Assembly (NCBI GenBank): GCA_951406725.2 | Contig: OX597824.1 | Location: 78,678,001 to 78,742,000 of the forward strand | DNA length: 64,000 nt | Source of the DNA: Octopus vulgaris | Lineage: Eukaryota | Direction of reading: 5' to 3' | Shown here: piece after piece, positions 1-13,880 of the stretch | Layout of the letters: every line of letters begins with the position of its first letter | Position numbering within the stretch: the stretch's first letter is position 1 | Notes under the pieces: model-generated | Database searches by the model: none | What the model saw: only the letters and a program-made list of their open reading frames with translations | What the model was told of the DNA's origin: nothing | Program-made: the position numbers and the translations under genes

Positions 1-480
1 GTGTGTGTGTGTGTGTGTCGGTGTATGTGTGTGTGTGTGTGTGTCTGTGTGTGTGTGTTTGTGTGCGTGTGTGTGTGTGTGGAGGAAGAGCATTTAGCAA
101 TTCAATTAGAGATTTTAAAAAGTAAACAATAATACGTGTAGCGTAATGGATTTTGATAATTTATTGAGCAGAATTAAGCCAAAGGGGATTTTAGATACAG
201 TTATAATGTTTATTTGTGTGTTTTCAACAAATGGTTTTTGATCGATATCAGAGCAGCATCTTCATCATAATCATCATTATCATTGTTATCATCATTATGA
301 GCATTACTTTCATTCTCTTCGTCTCGATGTATTCGCCATGATCATTATCATCATCATCGTCGTTGTCATCGTTGTCATTTTTTTTTCATCTTTATAAACG
401 TTGTCATCATCATAGTCATCACAAAACAATCATCATCATCATCATCATCATTATTATTATTGTTATTATTATCGGTACAT

Positions 481-645
481 CGGTATTTCGTCCGTTACTG
501 CGTTCTGTGTTCAAATTCTGCCGAGGTCGACTTTGCCTTTCATCCTTTTGGGCTCGATAAAATAAGTGCCAGTTGAATACTGTGGTTGATGTAAGTGACT
601 CTCCCCCCCCCTCCAAAATTTTGCCTTGTGGCAAAATTTGAAACC
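481..645 (+). mobile_element. SINE family B fragment (Deu/Nin-domain-like core)
   Basis: GGTATTTCGTC...TTCAAATTC.GCCGAGGTCGACTTTGCCTTTCATCCTTT core shared with more than 15 other copies in the window. Confidence 0.75.
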
Positions 646-708
646 ATTATCATTATTGTTGTTGTTGTTGTTGTTGTTACTATTATTATTATTATTATTA
701 TTATTATT

Positions 709-1250
709 GAGTGAGAGAGCAGTTCATGCCATCAAAGTGACACTGGGGTAAAATATACGAAGCCCAATATACCCATCATGACTACCCGTCTGATAAAGGT
801 ACACCAGGCACATGCATCACAACCATATGTGCCCGACATGGTTATCTCATATCAAGATAAACAGCACATGACCTTGCAGGTGGGGCCCAGTTAGAATTTT
901 CTTCAGGTTGAGTAGCCCATCCCGCTCAAACGGTCCCTGAATAAGGATTGTTTAAGGATGTTGAAAGAACCACCCATGTTTCCAGAGGTGAACTATTCAA
1001 ACCCCAAAGAATCCCTCTCAACACATGGCTATGATGCTCCCCCACTACTTCTGCTCGTGATCAGAGATGCACATATCGTCAGCCACTAAGGGACATGCTC
1101 AACTGGTTAAGGTCAAACAACTGACAAGCAAATCTGTGGTATTGGGCAGAATATTTGCTGTAGCCCATCTTTTATACCAAGACAAAACAATGTACATGAT
1201 AACACTTCCAATCAGTTAAGATCAGAAGCCATGAGAGCCACTGCCTGGGC
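709..1250 (-). mobile_element. Repeat family E: probable 3' end of a (TAA)n-associated non-LTR retroelement
   Basis: Highly similar to 3169-3680 and, inverted, to 59400-59640. All share one fixed end (CTGCTCTCTCACTC followed by (AAT)n on the sense strand) and have a variable other end. Confidence 0.6.
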
Positions 1251-1251
1251 A

Positions 1252-1300
<49 letters not shown>

Positions 1301-1624
1301 GTTATTATTATTATTATTATTATTATTGTTATTATTATTATTATTATTATTATTAACATTTATAGGATTGCGGTGACTCCTCCGGAAAATATAGAAGCAA
1401 AAAAAAAAAAGAAGAGTGCCATTGTTATCTGAGTTCGAATTCCACCGAGGCCGACTTTACCTTTCTTCCTTTCGGGGGTTGATTGAATAAGTACCAGTTA
1501 CGCACTGGGGTCGATGTAATCGACTTAATCCCTTTATCTGTCCTTCTTTGTCCCCTGCGTTTAGCCCCTTGTGGACAATAAAGAAATAACAATAATAATA
1601 GTAATAATAATAATAATAATAATA

Positions 1625-1678
<54 letters not shown>

Positions 1679-1693
1679 GTTGTTGTTGTTGTT

Positions 1694-1777
<84 letters not shown>

Positions 1778-2048
1778 GTTATTATTATTATTATTATTAT
1801 TATTAACATTTATAGGATTGCGGTGACTCCTCCAGAAAATATAGAAGCAAAAAAAAAAAAGAAGAGTGCCATTGTTATCTGAGTTCGAATTCCACCGAGG
1901 CCGACTTTACCTTTCTTCCTTTCGGGGGGTTGATTGAATAAGTACCAGTTACGCACTGGGGTCGATGTAATCGACTTAATCCCTTTATCTGTCCTTCTTT
2001 GTCCCCTGCGTTTAGCCCCTTGTGGACAATAAAGAAATAACAATAATA

Positions 2049-2141
<93 letters not shown>

Positions 2142-2178
2142 GTTGTTGTTGTTGTTGTTCTTCTTCTTCTTCTTCTTC

Positions 2179-2264
<86 letters not shown>

Positions 2265-2301
2265 GTTGTTGTTGTTGTTCTTCTTCTTCTTCTTCTTCTT
2301 C

Positions 2302-2390
<89 letters not shown>
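1252..2390. repeat. (ATT)n/(CTT)n/(GTT)n microsatellite block containing a ~450 bp tandem duplication with SINE B fragments (1428-1590, 1878-2041)
   Basis: 1354-1590 is nearly identical to 1804-2041 and flanked by compound trinucleotide arrays. Confidence 0.9.
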
Positions 2391-2391
<1 letters not shown>

Positions 2392-2505
2392 TGTCTTTGC
2401 ACAGCTTCTAACGCTGGAGATGTACTACGGTGTCAGCTGTTCACTAGCAGTGAACTAAGGCAAAACCTATTATTATTATAATTATGATTATTATTATTAT
2501 TATCA

Positions 2506-2996
2506 TTTGTTTGGTTTTTGCTTTGTATTTGTGCAAGTTGACTCCAAGTCTCATCCAGAGACCTCAGGGGACACTAAATAAGAAGTTCAAGCTGATGTTA
2601 TGACTAGGGTGCCATATTTTTGGTTATTCTGAAGGATGTCTGTCAAAATATAAAAAATTATAAGATCGTTTTAACAGTAATTTGATCATAAGATGATAGT
2701 GTGACCTTGAGATGACAGTTAAAGGTATTTTCTACTACGTACATTAAAAGTACTTTTGGTAATGTTTACAAATTAAAATGTTTTTGAGATTACATAGACA
2801 ATATTTTTCGTAGGATAATAAGCTCCCATGGGCATTATCTTTTTCTTTTCTTCCATTTTTTTTTTATTTCGTGGTATCTGAGACAGGTAGCAATCAGCTC
2901 CTTTTGCTATCATTCCTGGGTACTTATGATAAAAGGTATTGTTTTAGTCTTGAGGTTGCACAATTTGCCAATTTCCATTTCAAGGTCTTTATATTT
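2506..2996 (-). mobile_element. R4/Dong-like non-LTR retrotransposon 3' end (restriction-like endonuclease C-terminus), decayed
   Basis: Minus strand reads KYKDLEMEIGKLCNLKTKTIPFII..GMIAKGADCYLSQIP (one frameshift), matching the KYxDLxxEIxxMW..VPVVIGALG pattern of RLE elements; followed by a 3' UTR and (AAT)n. Confidence 0.7.
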
Positions 2997-3168
2997 TCGG
3001 CCGTCTTTTACGCTCTGAATTTAAATTCCGCCGAGCTCGACTTTGCCTTCATCCTTTCGGGGTCGAAATATTAAGTACCAGTTGCATACTGAGGGAGATC
3101 TAGCCGACTGGCCTCCTCCCAAAATTCCAGGCCTTGTGCCTATAGTAGAAAGAATTAATATTATTATT

Positions 3169-3680
3169 GAGTGAGAGAGCAGTGCATGTCATCAAAGTGA
3201 CACTGGGGTAAAATATACGAAGCCCAGTATACCCATCTCGTCTGATAAGGGTACACTAGGCACATGCATCACAACCATATGTGCGCGACATGGTGATCTC
3301 ATATCAAGATAAACAGCACATGGCCTTGCAGATGGGGCCTAGTTAGAATTTTCTTCTGGTTAAGTAGCCCATCCCGCTCAAAAGGTCCCTGAATAAGGGT
3401 TGTTAAAGGATGTTGAACGAAACACCCATGTTTCCAGAGGTGAATTAATCAAACCCCAAAGAATCCCTCTCAACACATGGCTATGATGCTCCCCCACTAC
3501 TTCTGTTCGTGATCAGAGATATACATATCGTCAGCCACTAAGGGACATGCCAACTGGTTAAGGTCAAACAACTGACAAGCAAATCTGTGGTGTTGCGCAG
3601 AATATTTGCTGTAGCCCATCTTTTATACCAAAACAAAACAATGTACATCATAACGCTTCCGGTTAGTTAATATCAGAAGC
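3169..3680 (-). mobile_element. Repeat family E copy
   Basis: Near copy of 709-1230, starting at the same ATTATT/GAGTGAGAGAGC junction. Confidence 0.65.
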
Positions 3681-4068
3681 TGGCGAGCTGGCAGAATCGT
3701 TAGCATGCCGGGCGAAATGCATAGCGGTATTTCGTCTGCCATTACGTTCTGAGTTCAAAGTCCGCCGATGTCGACTTTTCCTTTCATCCTTTCGGGGTCG
3801 ATAAATTAAGTACCAGTTACGCACTGGGTCGATGTAATTGACTTAATCCGTTTGTTTGTCCTTGTTTGTCCTCTCTGTGTTTAACCCCTTGTGGGTAGTA
3901 AAGAAATAGGTATTTCGTCTGCCGCTGAGTTCAAATTCCACCAAGATCGACTTTTCCTTTCATCCTTTCGGGGTCGATAAATTAAGTACCAGTTGCGTTT
4001 TGGGGTCGATCTAATCGACTGAGCCCCCCAAAAAAAAAATTTCAGGTCTTGTGCCTAGAGTAGAAAAT
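3681..4068 (+). mobile_element. SINE family B, full head plus two core units plus tail
   Basis: tRNA-like head GGCGAGCTGGCAGAA..TTAGC and B-box-like GAGTTCAAA; GCCTTTCATCCTTTCGGGGTCGATAAATTAAGTACCAG-type core occurs twice. Confidence 0.85.
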
Positions 4069-4079
4069 ATTATTATTAC

Positions 4080-4116
<37 letters not shown>

Positions 4117-4696
4117 GATGACGCATGGCCTAGTGGTTAGGGTGTTACACTCGTGATCACGAGATCGTGGTTTCAATTTCTAGACCGGATAGTGCGTTTG
4201 TGTTCTTCTTTATTAATAATTTATATTATTGCCATTATTTCATCTAAGTCCAAATTGAATAAAAACATCAGTCAAGTACAAATGTCAGAGTATTCAGCTA
4301 TGTACCATTATGCTTTTGTTAGCAATTATTTATTACCAATTCTCGGTGTTCTCCTATTCTTAATGAATACAAAAACAAACATATTTTATAAAAACAGCAT
4401 CGGCAATTGGCCAATTATTGAGAATAATAAAAGCAGCGTTTCAATTGTGATGAATAATTATTTCGTCCTTCAACTGTCAGATATAATATTCATTTTACAT
4501 GCTGGTGATTAATATTCAATCGACGATTTAATCTGTGTTTAAATTTGTAATTATTAATGATAATGAATAATAATTGCAAAATGGCGAAAAGTAAAAATTG
4601 TATTCACGGCAGTGGAAACAGGAGTTTATTCGATGTTCAGACATTAATAAGGAAATACATTTTATGTGTGAACACACACACAAACACACACACACT

Positions 4697-5880
4697 GAGA
4701 GAGAGGGGGGAGAGAAAGAGTGAAGGACAGAGAGAGAAAGAGTGAAAGTCAGAGAGAGGAAGAGTGAAAGACAGAGAGAGAAAGAGGGAAAGACAGCGAG
4801 AGAAAGAGGGAAAGACAGAGAGAGAAAGAGGGAAAGACAGAGAGAGAAAAAGGGAAAGACAGAGAGAGAAAAGGGAAAGACAGAGAGAGAAAGAGTGAAA
4901 GACAGAGAGAGAAAGAGTGAAAGACAGAGAGAGAAAGAGTGAAAGACAGAGAGGGAAAAAGTGAAAGACAGAGAGAGAAAGAGTGAAAGACAGAGAGAGG
5001 AAGAGGGAAAGACAGAGAGAGAAAGAGTGAAAGACAGAGAGAGAAAGAGTGAAAGACAGAGAGAGAAAGAGTGAAAGACAGAGAGAGGAAGAGTGAAAGA
5101 CAGAGAGAGGAAGAGTGAAAGACAGAGAGAGAAAGAGTGAAAGACAGAGAGAGAAAGAGGGAAAGACAGAGAGAGAGAAAGAGTGAAAGACAGAGAGAAA
5201 AAGAGTGAAAGACAGAGAGAGAAAGAGTGAAAGACAGAGAGAGAAAGAGGGAAAGACAGAGAGAGAAAGAGGGAAAGACAGAGAGAGAAAGAGTGAAAGA
5301 CAGAGAGAGGAAGAGTGAAAGTCAGAGAGAGAAAGAGTGAAAGACAGAGAGAGAAAGAGTGAAAGATAGAGAGAGGAAGAGTGAAAGACAGAGAGAGAAA
5401 GAGGGAAAGACAGAGAGAGAAAGAGGGAAAGACAGAGAGAGAAAGAAGGAAAGACAGAGAGAGAAAGAGGGAAAGACAGAGAGAGAAAGAGTGAAAGACA
5501 GAGAGAGAAAGAGTGAAAGACAGAGAGAGAAAGAGTGAAAGACAGAGAGAGAAAGAGGGAAAGACAGAGAGAGAAAGAGTGAAAGACAGAGAGAGAAAGA
5601 GAGTGAGATACAGAGAGAGAAAGAGTGAAAGACAGAGAGAGAAAGAGTGAAAGATAGAGAGAAAGAGTGAGAGACAGCGAGAGAAAGAGTGAAAGACAGA
5701 GAGAGAAAGAGAGTGAGAGACAGAGAGAGAAAGAGTGAAAGACAGAGAGAGAAAGAGTGAAAGATAGAGAGAAAGAGTGAGAGACAGCGAGAGAAAGAGT
5801 GAAAGACAGAGAGAGAAAGAGTGAGAGACAGAGAGAGGAAGAGTGAAAGACAGAGAGAGAAAGAGAGGGAGTGAAAGAGA
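4697..5880 (+). repeat. ~22 bp purine-rich minisatellite (AAGACAGAGAGAGAAAGAGTGA)n
   Basis: About 50 tandem units directly visible. Confidence 0.95.
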
Positions 5881-5953
5881 GCGGGGAAACTAATAAATAG
5901 GTAGACAGATAAATTAAATAGTGAGAGAATAAGAAATTATACTATGGACATCA

Positions 5954-6036
5954 TTAGCTTACGACTGTTTCTGCTATAAGATGCATTGAGCTCAGAGCTG
6001 AGCGGTTGTGTATCGCCTCATAGCTTCATAGATTGG
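5954..6036 (-). ncRNA. Degenerate type I hammerhead ribozyme motif (family of 10493-10575)
   Basis: Minus strand: CT-ATGA a gctatgag...cttatagc a GAAA cagtcg TA agctaa. Stem II has 8 bp; the core lacks the G of CUGAUGA. Confidence 0.5.
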
Positions 6037-7269
6037 TAGATGCATATAGGTATACAGATAAATAGATATATATATTAGGGTTACGACTCTTTCACACCCT
6101 AGTAACTCTATACTGGAATTCGATGAATAATTTTATAAAAATCAGGAAACTAATATTTATTTTGCTTTATTTGCAAAAAAAAACCCTCACAACTTAAGAA
6201 ATCTATCACCACTTTTGACCCAAATCAAGCAAAATTCTAGAGGGCTTCATAACGCCTGCTCAAGTGTTTACCAAACTTGGTGTACTGACTCAATGCAATG
6301 CAGAAATAATATATCTGAAATTTCAGCTTTCTAGTTGAAATAGTTTCGGAGTTATGGGCTTTGCGAACTATAATCACTAGATGGCAATAGATTCCCACTT
6401 CAGTATTTCTGCAACCAAAACCCTTGTAAACGCAAGAGAAATGTGGAATAAAAGTGTATTTAAACATTTTTACGATCACTGAATTGAAATTGCTCTATGC
6501 AAAGGTTCAAGACTAGGCTACTTTAAGACAGAGGCCACTACAAGCATTCGATAACATACAAAATTAAAAACAATACATATTTTTAACTTTATAGGTTTAA
6601 TTTCAATTTGAATAACTGTATAAGAAAAAGGATGCTAAATGTTAGCAAATTTTTAAACATAAAGAATTAATATGTTTTATTTGAGAAAATAAATCGAAGC
6701 TGAAGCTTCTCCTTCCTTTTACAAACATCATAAAGATCTTGAAGACACTTGATTGCCCGTTCTGCACGCTGATTTGTTCTGGGAATTTCCAGTTTTGATG
6801 ATTCTCGACTCCGGAAGTTTTTTACAAAGTTCAAAGCTTTTTGATGAACTTGCAGGCTACCACATAACTTCTGATAATCGTGTGCATTGAACATTTGGTC
6901 AGTAAACCAAAAATCTGCCCAGATGTAAGAGATGAATCAACAAACATTGAGAAGCAAAACTCTTTTCTCTGGTAGAAGAATAAATGCCAAAAGAGTTAGT
7001 ATTGCTCGAGAGTTCCATCTTGCATTACTTAAGTTGGGTACTTTTTGAAACTTTGCAGTAGGAAATTTGTCGGTTTTTCAAAGAAACGAAATATTCTGGT
7101 CAAATGAAATAAAAATTTCATGTCATCTCGCCATCCTACTGATTCAGTGATCTTTTCTTCACCATTGTTGAAATTAGCCTGGAGTTTCTCGTAATTACTT
7201 AGAAGCGCTGGGGTGAATGTATATTCAATATTGGGGTATAACTTTTTTTCTCCACGTTCGTTATCTGGA

Positions 7270-7652
7270 TGGAAGCACTCCGTCGGTTACGACGATGAGG
7301 GTTCCGGTTGATCCGATCAACGGAACAGCCTGCTCGTGAAATTAACGTGTAAGTGGCTGAGCACTCCACAGACACGTGCACCCTTAACGTAGTTCTCGGG
7401 GATATTCAGCGTGACACAGAGAGTGACAAGGCTGGCCCTTTGAAATACAGGTACAACAGAAACAGGAAGTAAGAGTGAGAGAAAGTTGTGGTGAAAGAGT
7501 ACAGCAGGGATCACCACCATCCCTGCCGGAGCCTAGTGGAGCTTTAGGTGTTTTCGCTCAATAAACACTCACAACACCCGGTCTAGGAATTGAAACCGCG
7601 ATCCTCCGACCGCGAGTCCGCTGCCCTAACCACTGGGCCATTGCGCCTCCAC
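7270..7652 (-). mobile_element. SINE family D, full length, with 11 bp target-site duplication
   Basis: tRNA-like head GGAGGCGCAATGGCCCAGTGGTTAGGGCAGCGGAC; near identical to 15292-15678 and 17885-18271; TSD GTTCGTTATCT at 7256-7266 and 7654-7664. Confidence 0.9.
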
Positions 7653-7924
7653 TGTTCGTTATCTATTACAACACGAAAAATTCTATCAAGGATATGATGC
7701 TGACAACCAATAAGTTGCGGTTCTTTCAAACCCTTTTGAGCAAACAGTCTTTGCAACTGAATGACAATGGCATTTCTTTTCCCAGTGTTCACACTCGTTG
7801 TATCAGCGACAATCATCTTTACACAGCTACATAAATTGTATTCATCTGAAACAGCTGTTATTCCTTTCACAACAGTATCGGCTTTTCTCTTTGGTAATCG
7901 GAGTCCTTCTAACTTACCTTCTCC

Positions 7925-8333
7925 TTTACTCTTTTACTCTTTTACTTGTTTCAGTCATTTGACTGCGGCCATGCTGGAGCACCGCCTTTAGTCGAGCAAA
8001 TCGACCCCGGGACTTATTCTTAGTAAGCCCAGTACTTATTCTATCGGTGACATTTGCCGAACCGCTAAGTAACGGGGACATAAACACACCAGCATCGGTT
8101 GTCAAGCAATGCTAGGGGGACAAACACAGACACACAAACATACACACACATATATATATATACATATATACGACAGGTTTCTTTCAGTTTCCGTCTACCA
8201 AATCTACTCACAAGGCTTTGGTCGGCCCGAGGCTATAGCAGAAGACACTTGCCCAAGATGCCACGCAGTGGGACTTAACCCGTAACCATGTGGTTGGTTA
8301 GCAAGCTACTTACCACACAGCCACTCCTGCGCC
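7925..8333 (-). mobile_element. SINE family A (tRNA head, CORE-like segment, internal (TA)n(TG)n, (GTAAAAGA)n tail)
   Basis: Full-length copy splitting the hAT reading frame between ...LKNEQ and GKLEGLRLP... Confidence 0.9.
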
Positions 8334-8729
8334 TTGTTCATTCTTTAAAACTAACACTTGGTATTCTTGGTCATCAATATATTTACCATCAAAATGCAAT
8401 GACGAGTAGGGGTGATTAGGTGATGGTCTAGGGCTTAGGGGCGGGAGACCCCAAACCTTGGAAAAAAAACTAGGGTTAGGGTTCCACTGGGAGGTGGCCC
8501 TCGAAGTCGCTGGAAATGGAGATCTCCAGGTCCAAATTCTTGGACGGCGCTGCTGGTTGTGGAGTAGGTGGTGATGGTTACATTAGTACTGGTAGTGGTT
8601 GTAGTGGTAGTAATGTTAGTAGTAGTAGTATTTGTAGCGCTGGTGGTGATAATGATGAGGAAAATAATGATACTGATGATGGGGACGAGTGTTGTCGCAG
8701 TTCAGTCAAATTTGATCGAGTAGACAGAT

Positions 8730-10005
8730 GAATGAGGATGGTGATGATGATGACGATGGTGGTGGTGGTCGTCGTGGTGGTGGTGGTGGTGTTCGTCGTC
8801 GTCGTCGTAATGATGATAGAGATGATGATGATGGTGATGATGGTGATAATGGTGATGGTGATGATCATTAAAGTGATACAAAACGATCGAGCTGATGTCA
8901 ACGATTTAGAAGAAGAAGAAGAAAAAGAAGAAGAAGAAGAAGAAGAAGAAGAAGAAGAAGAAGAAGAAGAAGAGGAAGAAAAAGAAGAAGAAGAAGAAAA
9001 AGAAGAAGAAGAAGAAGAAGAAGAAGAAAAAGAAGAAGAAGAAGAAAAAGAAGAAGAAGAAGAAGAAGAAGAAGAAGAAGAAGAAGAAGAAGAAGAAGAA
9101 GAAAAAGAAGGAGGACGAGGACGAGGACGAGGAGGACGAGGACGAGGACGAGGAGGAGGAGAAGATGAAGAAGAAGAAGAAGAAGAAGAAGAAGAAGAAG
9201 AAAAAGAAGAAGAAGAAAAAGAAGAAGAAAAAGAAAAAGAAGAAGAAGAAGAAGAAGAAGAAGAAGAAGAAGAAGAAGAAAAAGAAGAAGAAGAAGAAGA
9301 AGAAGAAGAAGAAGAAGAAGAAGAAGAAGGAGGAGGAGGAGGACGAGGACGAGGAGGAGGAGGAGGACGAGGAGGACGAGGACGAGGAGGAGGAGATGAT
9401 GAAGAAGAAGAAGAAGAAGAAGAAGAAGAAGAAGAAAAAGAAGAAGAAAAAGAAGAAGAAGAAGAAGAAAAAGAAGAAGAAGAAGAAAAGAAGAAGAAGA
9501 AGAAAAAGAAGAAGAAGAAGACGAAAAAGAAGAAGAAGAAGAAAAAGAAGAAGAAGAAGAAGAAGAAGGAGGAGGAGGAGGAGAAGATGATGAACAAGAA
9601 GAAGAAGAAGAAGAAGAAGAAGAAGAAGAAGAAGAAGAAGAAGAAGAAGAAGAAGAAGAAGAAGAAGAAGAAGAAGAACAGCAACAACAACAGCAACAAC
9701 AACAAGACAAGGAGGAAGAGGACGGAGGTGAAGCACACGCCAAAAAATCGAAGTATTCCAATTACGTTGTTCAGTAAAATACATTAGAAAGTAATTCTGA
9801 TGTAAGGAATCAGCCAAGCCATAGAAATTGGATGGAGGAGATATAACTGGCATATAATTGATATGGCGGTGGTGGGGAGGGGGAGATGCGGTGGCGGTGG
9901 CGGTTGTGGTGGCGACAGCAACAGTGGCGGTGACGGCAGCGGCGGTGGCAGTAGTGGTGGTGGTGGTGGTGGTGGTGGTGGTGGTGGTGGTGGTGGTGGT
10001 GGTGG
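8730..10005. repeat. Compound trinucleotide array: (GAT/GGT)n, ~800 bp (GAA)n with GGA/CGA interruptions, (GGT)n
   Basis: Directly visible; source of the spurious poly-E/K/S/L/F ORFs. Confidence 0.95.
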
Positions 10006-10126
10006 ATGCTGCGGTAGGGGTGATGGCCCAATAGAATAAACCCTGGGGTCGATTTCGTCGACTAAAGGTGGTGCTCCAGTTGACCGCAGTCAAATGACTG
10101 CAGCAATTAATAGAATAATTGAATAA

Positions 10127-10264
<138 letters not shown>

Positions 10265-10492
10265 GATAGATAGATAAATATACATATGTACATATATGCA
10301 CGCTTACACACATACACAGATTTAAGTACTTCGCTTTGGCCTTGCAATACTAATAACCTGATGTAGAACTCAATGTCCATATTCTTCAGAAAGAAACGTA
10401 AGTCGGGTACTGAGCGGTAATATGAAATTGAGAGCTTACAGCTGTATCTTCTATAAAATGCAGTTGATTCATTGTTGAGTGCCCTTGTACTG

Positions 10493-10575
10493 TGGCTCTG
10501 ATGAAGCAATAAGGTGATACTCGGGTACTGAACTTGCTGTCCGCTGCATCCTATAGTGGAAACAGCCGTAAGCTA
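10493..10575 (+). ncRNA. Type I minimal hammerhead ribozyme motif, Penelope-like
   Basis: tggct CTGATGA [imperfect long stem II] GAAA cagccg TA agcta. Stem I tggct/agcta; GUA cleavage triplet at 10568-10570. Confidence 0.6.
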
Positions 10576-10645
10576 ATGAATTTCATAAGATGATCGTTTA
10601 TCCAGTTATCATCTCATGTTCTTTCTTATATTTACATACATATAC

Positions 10646-11043
<398 letters not shown>

Positions 11044-11673
11044 TCTCACCTGGAATCGATTTTTGTAATTTTTTTCAAGACTTATACACGCCCTGATACC
11101 TATTTCTTTACTACCCACAAGGGGCTAAACACAGAGGGGACAAACAAGGACAGACACACGGATTAAGTCGATTATATCGACCCAGTGCGTAACTGGTACT
11201 TATTTAATCGACGCCGAAAGGATGAAAGGCAAAGGCGACCTCGGCGGAATTTGAACTCAGAATCTAACGGCAGACGAAATACCACAAAGCATTTCGCCCG
11301 GCGTGCTAACGATTCTGCCAGCTCGCCGCCCTGATACCTATTTCTTTATTACCCACAAGGGGCTAAACACAGAGGGGACAAACAAGGACAGACAAACAGA
11401 TCAAGTCGATTACATCTACCCCAGTGCGTAACTGGTACTTAATTTATCGACCCCGAAAGGATGAAAGGCAAAGTCGACCTCGGCGGAATTCGAACTCACA
11501 ACGTAACGCAGACGAAATACCGCTAAGCATTTCGCCCGGCGTGCTAACGTTTCTGCCAGCTCGGTCGGTATCGATATATCAAATTTGAGCGCAATCGGAT
11601 GGAGGATGCCCGAGATCTTAGAAGACACACACACACACACACAGACAGACAGAACGGATTTTATATATTAGAT
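11044..11673 (+). mobile_element. Helitron/Helentron-like non-autonomous remnant interrupted by two minus-strand SINE B copies (11095-11562)
   Basis: 3' end CAAATTTGAGCGCAATCGGATG...(CA)n(GACA)n..TTTTATATATTAGAT resembles DINE-1/Lep1-type ends; the SINE B copies are clear. Confidence 0.45.
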
Positions 11674-11946
11674 CTGGTCAAATATATGCATATATTATTA
11701 TGACAGTCTTTTGCAAAAGTTTCTTTATCCTGAAACGCAGCATATCTTAGAATACATTAATTATTCAAAAGGCTTTCGACATTTAAGCCATTTTTCTTCC
11801 CGCTGACCGCATCAATCTTTGTGCCTTCATCCTACTAAGTCATATATATATATTTTATTTCTTGTCTACTTTCTTTGCATCATTTTATTCTTCACAAGTA
11901 TGTTGCCATCTTCTCTTTAATCCTTAGTCTCTCTCTCTTAATCCTT

Positions 11947-11988
<42 letters not shown>

Positions 11989-12429
11989 TCTTTGTCTCTA
12001 TCTATTTCTATCTGTCTATCTCTATCCTTATTTAACTTCTAATCACCAAAAAATAACCCAAATCTTTGATTAATAACTACAATTAGCTTCACGTGTAAAC
12101 ACCGCTTTCTGTGGGAAAATTGTCTGACATACAATGTATGGACATACAATGAGATTAATGTTTAAAACTTCATTGATTATATAAAGAGTAATAAGAAGAG
12201 AAACTTGAAGTCCCAATCAAAACAATATTACAAATAAATTTCCCTTTACAAAATGTGTCGAAAGTCCCAATCAATAAACGTTTTGTTGCTTCTTACAGGT
12301 TGATCGATAGTACATTTCTAAATGTGTGTATGTGTGTGGGAGTGTGGGAGTGTGGGTGTATGTGTGCGTGTGTATGTGCGTGTGCATGCAAAATAAGCAT
12401 ATATTCGACCCCATGTATGCACATACACA

Positions 12430-13150
<721 letters not shown>

Positions 13151-13432
13151 CGTTTGCGTGTATAGACTGCAATGCATTACCCTAAACTTGGCCACCAGCC
13201 TCCATAAAACTCCTTAGAAAATCTAAGGCACAATTAGGTTTGCATTCACAAAAGATCTTGCGACACGCTATCGTCCTTTAAAACAAAACAGAGAATACTA
13301 TAAGTAGAATATCTAGCTTATCAATGAATGCTTTTACAACACGGAGCCCTACTATAATACAGCTCTAGAAAATAGTGGGTTCAAAAAGAAGTTCACATCA
13401 CAGAATAATACAACACTCCACTTCAACGAAGC

Positions 13433-13700
13433 GGAGGCGCGTGGCTTAGTGGTTGGGGTGTCAGCACCATGATCGTAAGAGCGTGTATAAGTCTTTGTAC
13501 TTATTCGATTCCTAGACCGGGCGATGCGTTGTGTTCTTGGGCAAAACACTTCATTTCACGTTGCTCCAGTCCACTCAGCTGGCAAAAATGAGTAACGCTG
13601 CGATGGACTGGCGTCCAGTCCAGCTGGGGAACACATACGCCATTGAAACCGGGAAACCGGGAAACCGGACCCATGAGCCTGGCTAGGCTTTAAAAGGGAG
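13433..13700 (+). mobile_element. SINE family C variant (short tail)
   Basis: tRNA head GGAGGCGCGTGGCTTAGTGGTT plus the TGTGTTCTTGGGCAAAACACTTCATTTCACGTTGCTCCAGTCCACTCAGCTG central domain. Confidence 0.75.
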
Positions 13701-13880
13701 CATTTATTTATTATTATCCACATCAACGAAACACAAACCTCTCGTTATAAAATGGAAAATACTACAAAGGGCTATATGATGCGATTCAATAATACGAAGA
13801 TCTGAGAAGAGCCCTGTACAATGGAATACAAACAATTCTAAGACGTATCTAATCACATATCTGAGATTTTTGACAAATAT

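Larger units (their letters stand above)
6076..8405 (-). pseudogene. Decayed hAT-superfamily (hATm-like) DNA transposase interrupted by two SINEs
   Basis: Ordered minus-strand motifs SLHFDGK (~8385-8402), ADTTSVNTG, GCQHHILD (CxxH), SNARWNSR (RW) and TNQRAERAIK (catalytic E region), stop at 6667. A TAGGG-starting terminus candidate lies at 6076. Confidence 0.75.

Noticed and set aside
1561-2481. Poly-I/N/L ORFs
   Set aside because: (ATT)n microsatellite artefacts
4153-4512. 119 aa hydrophobic ORF
   Set aside because: Starts inside a SINE C head fragment at a non-ATG codon; AT-rich with no recognisable domain
8425-8485. TTAGGG telomere-like words
   Set aside because: Only two or three scattered units; not an interstitial telomeric array
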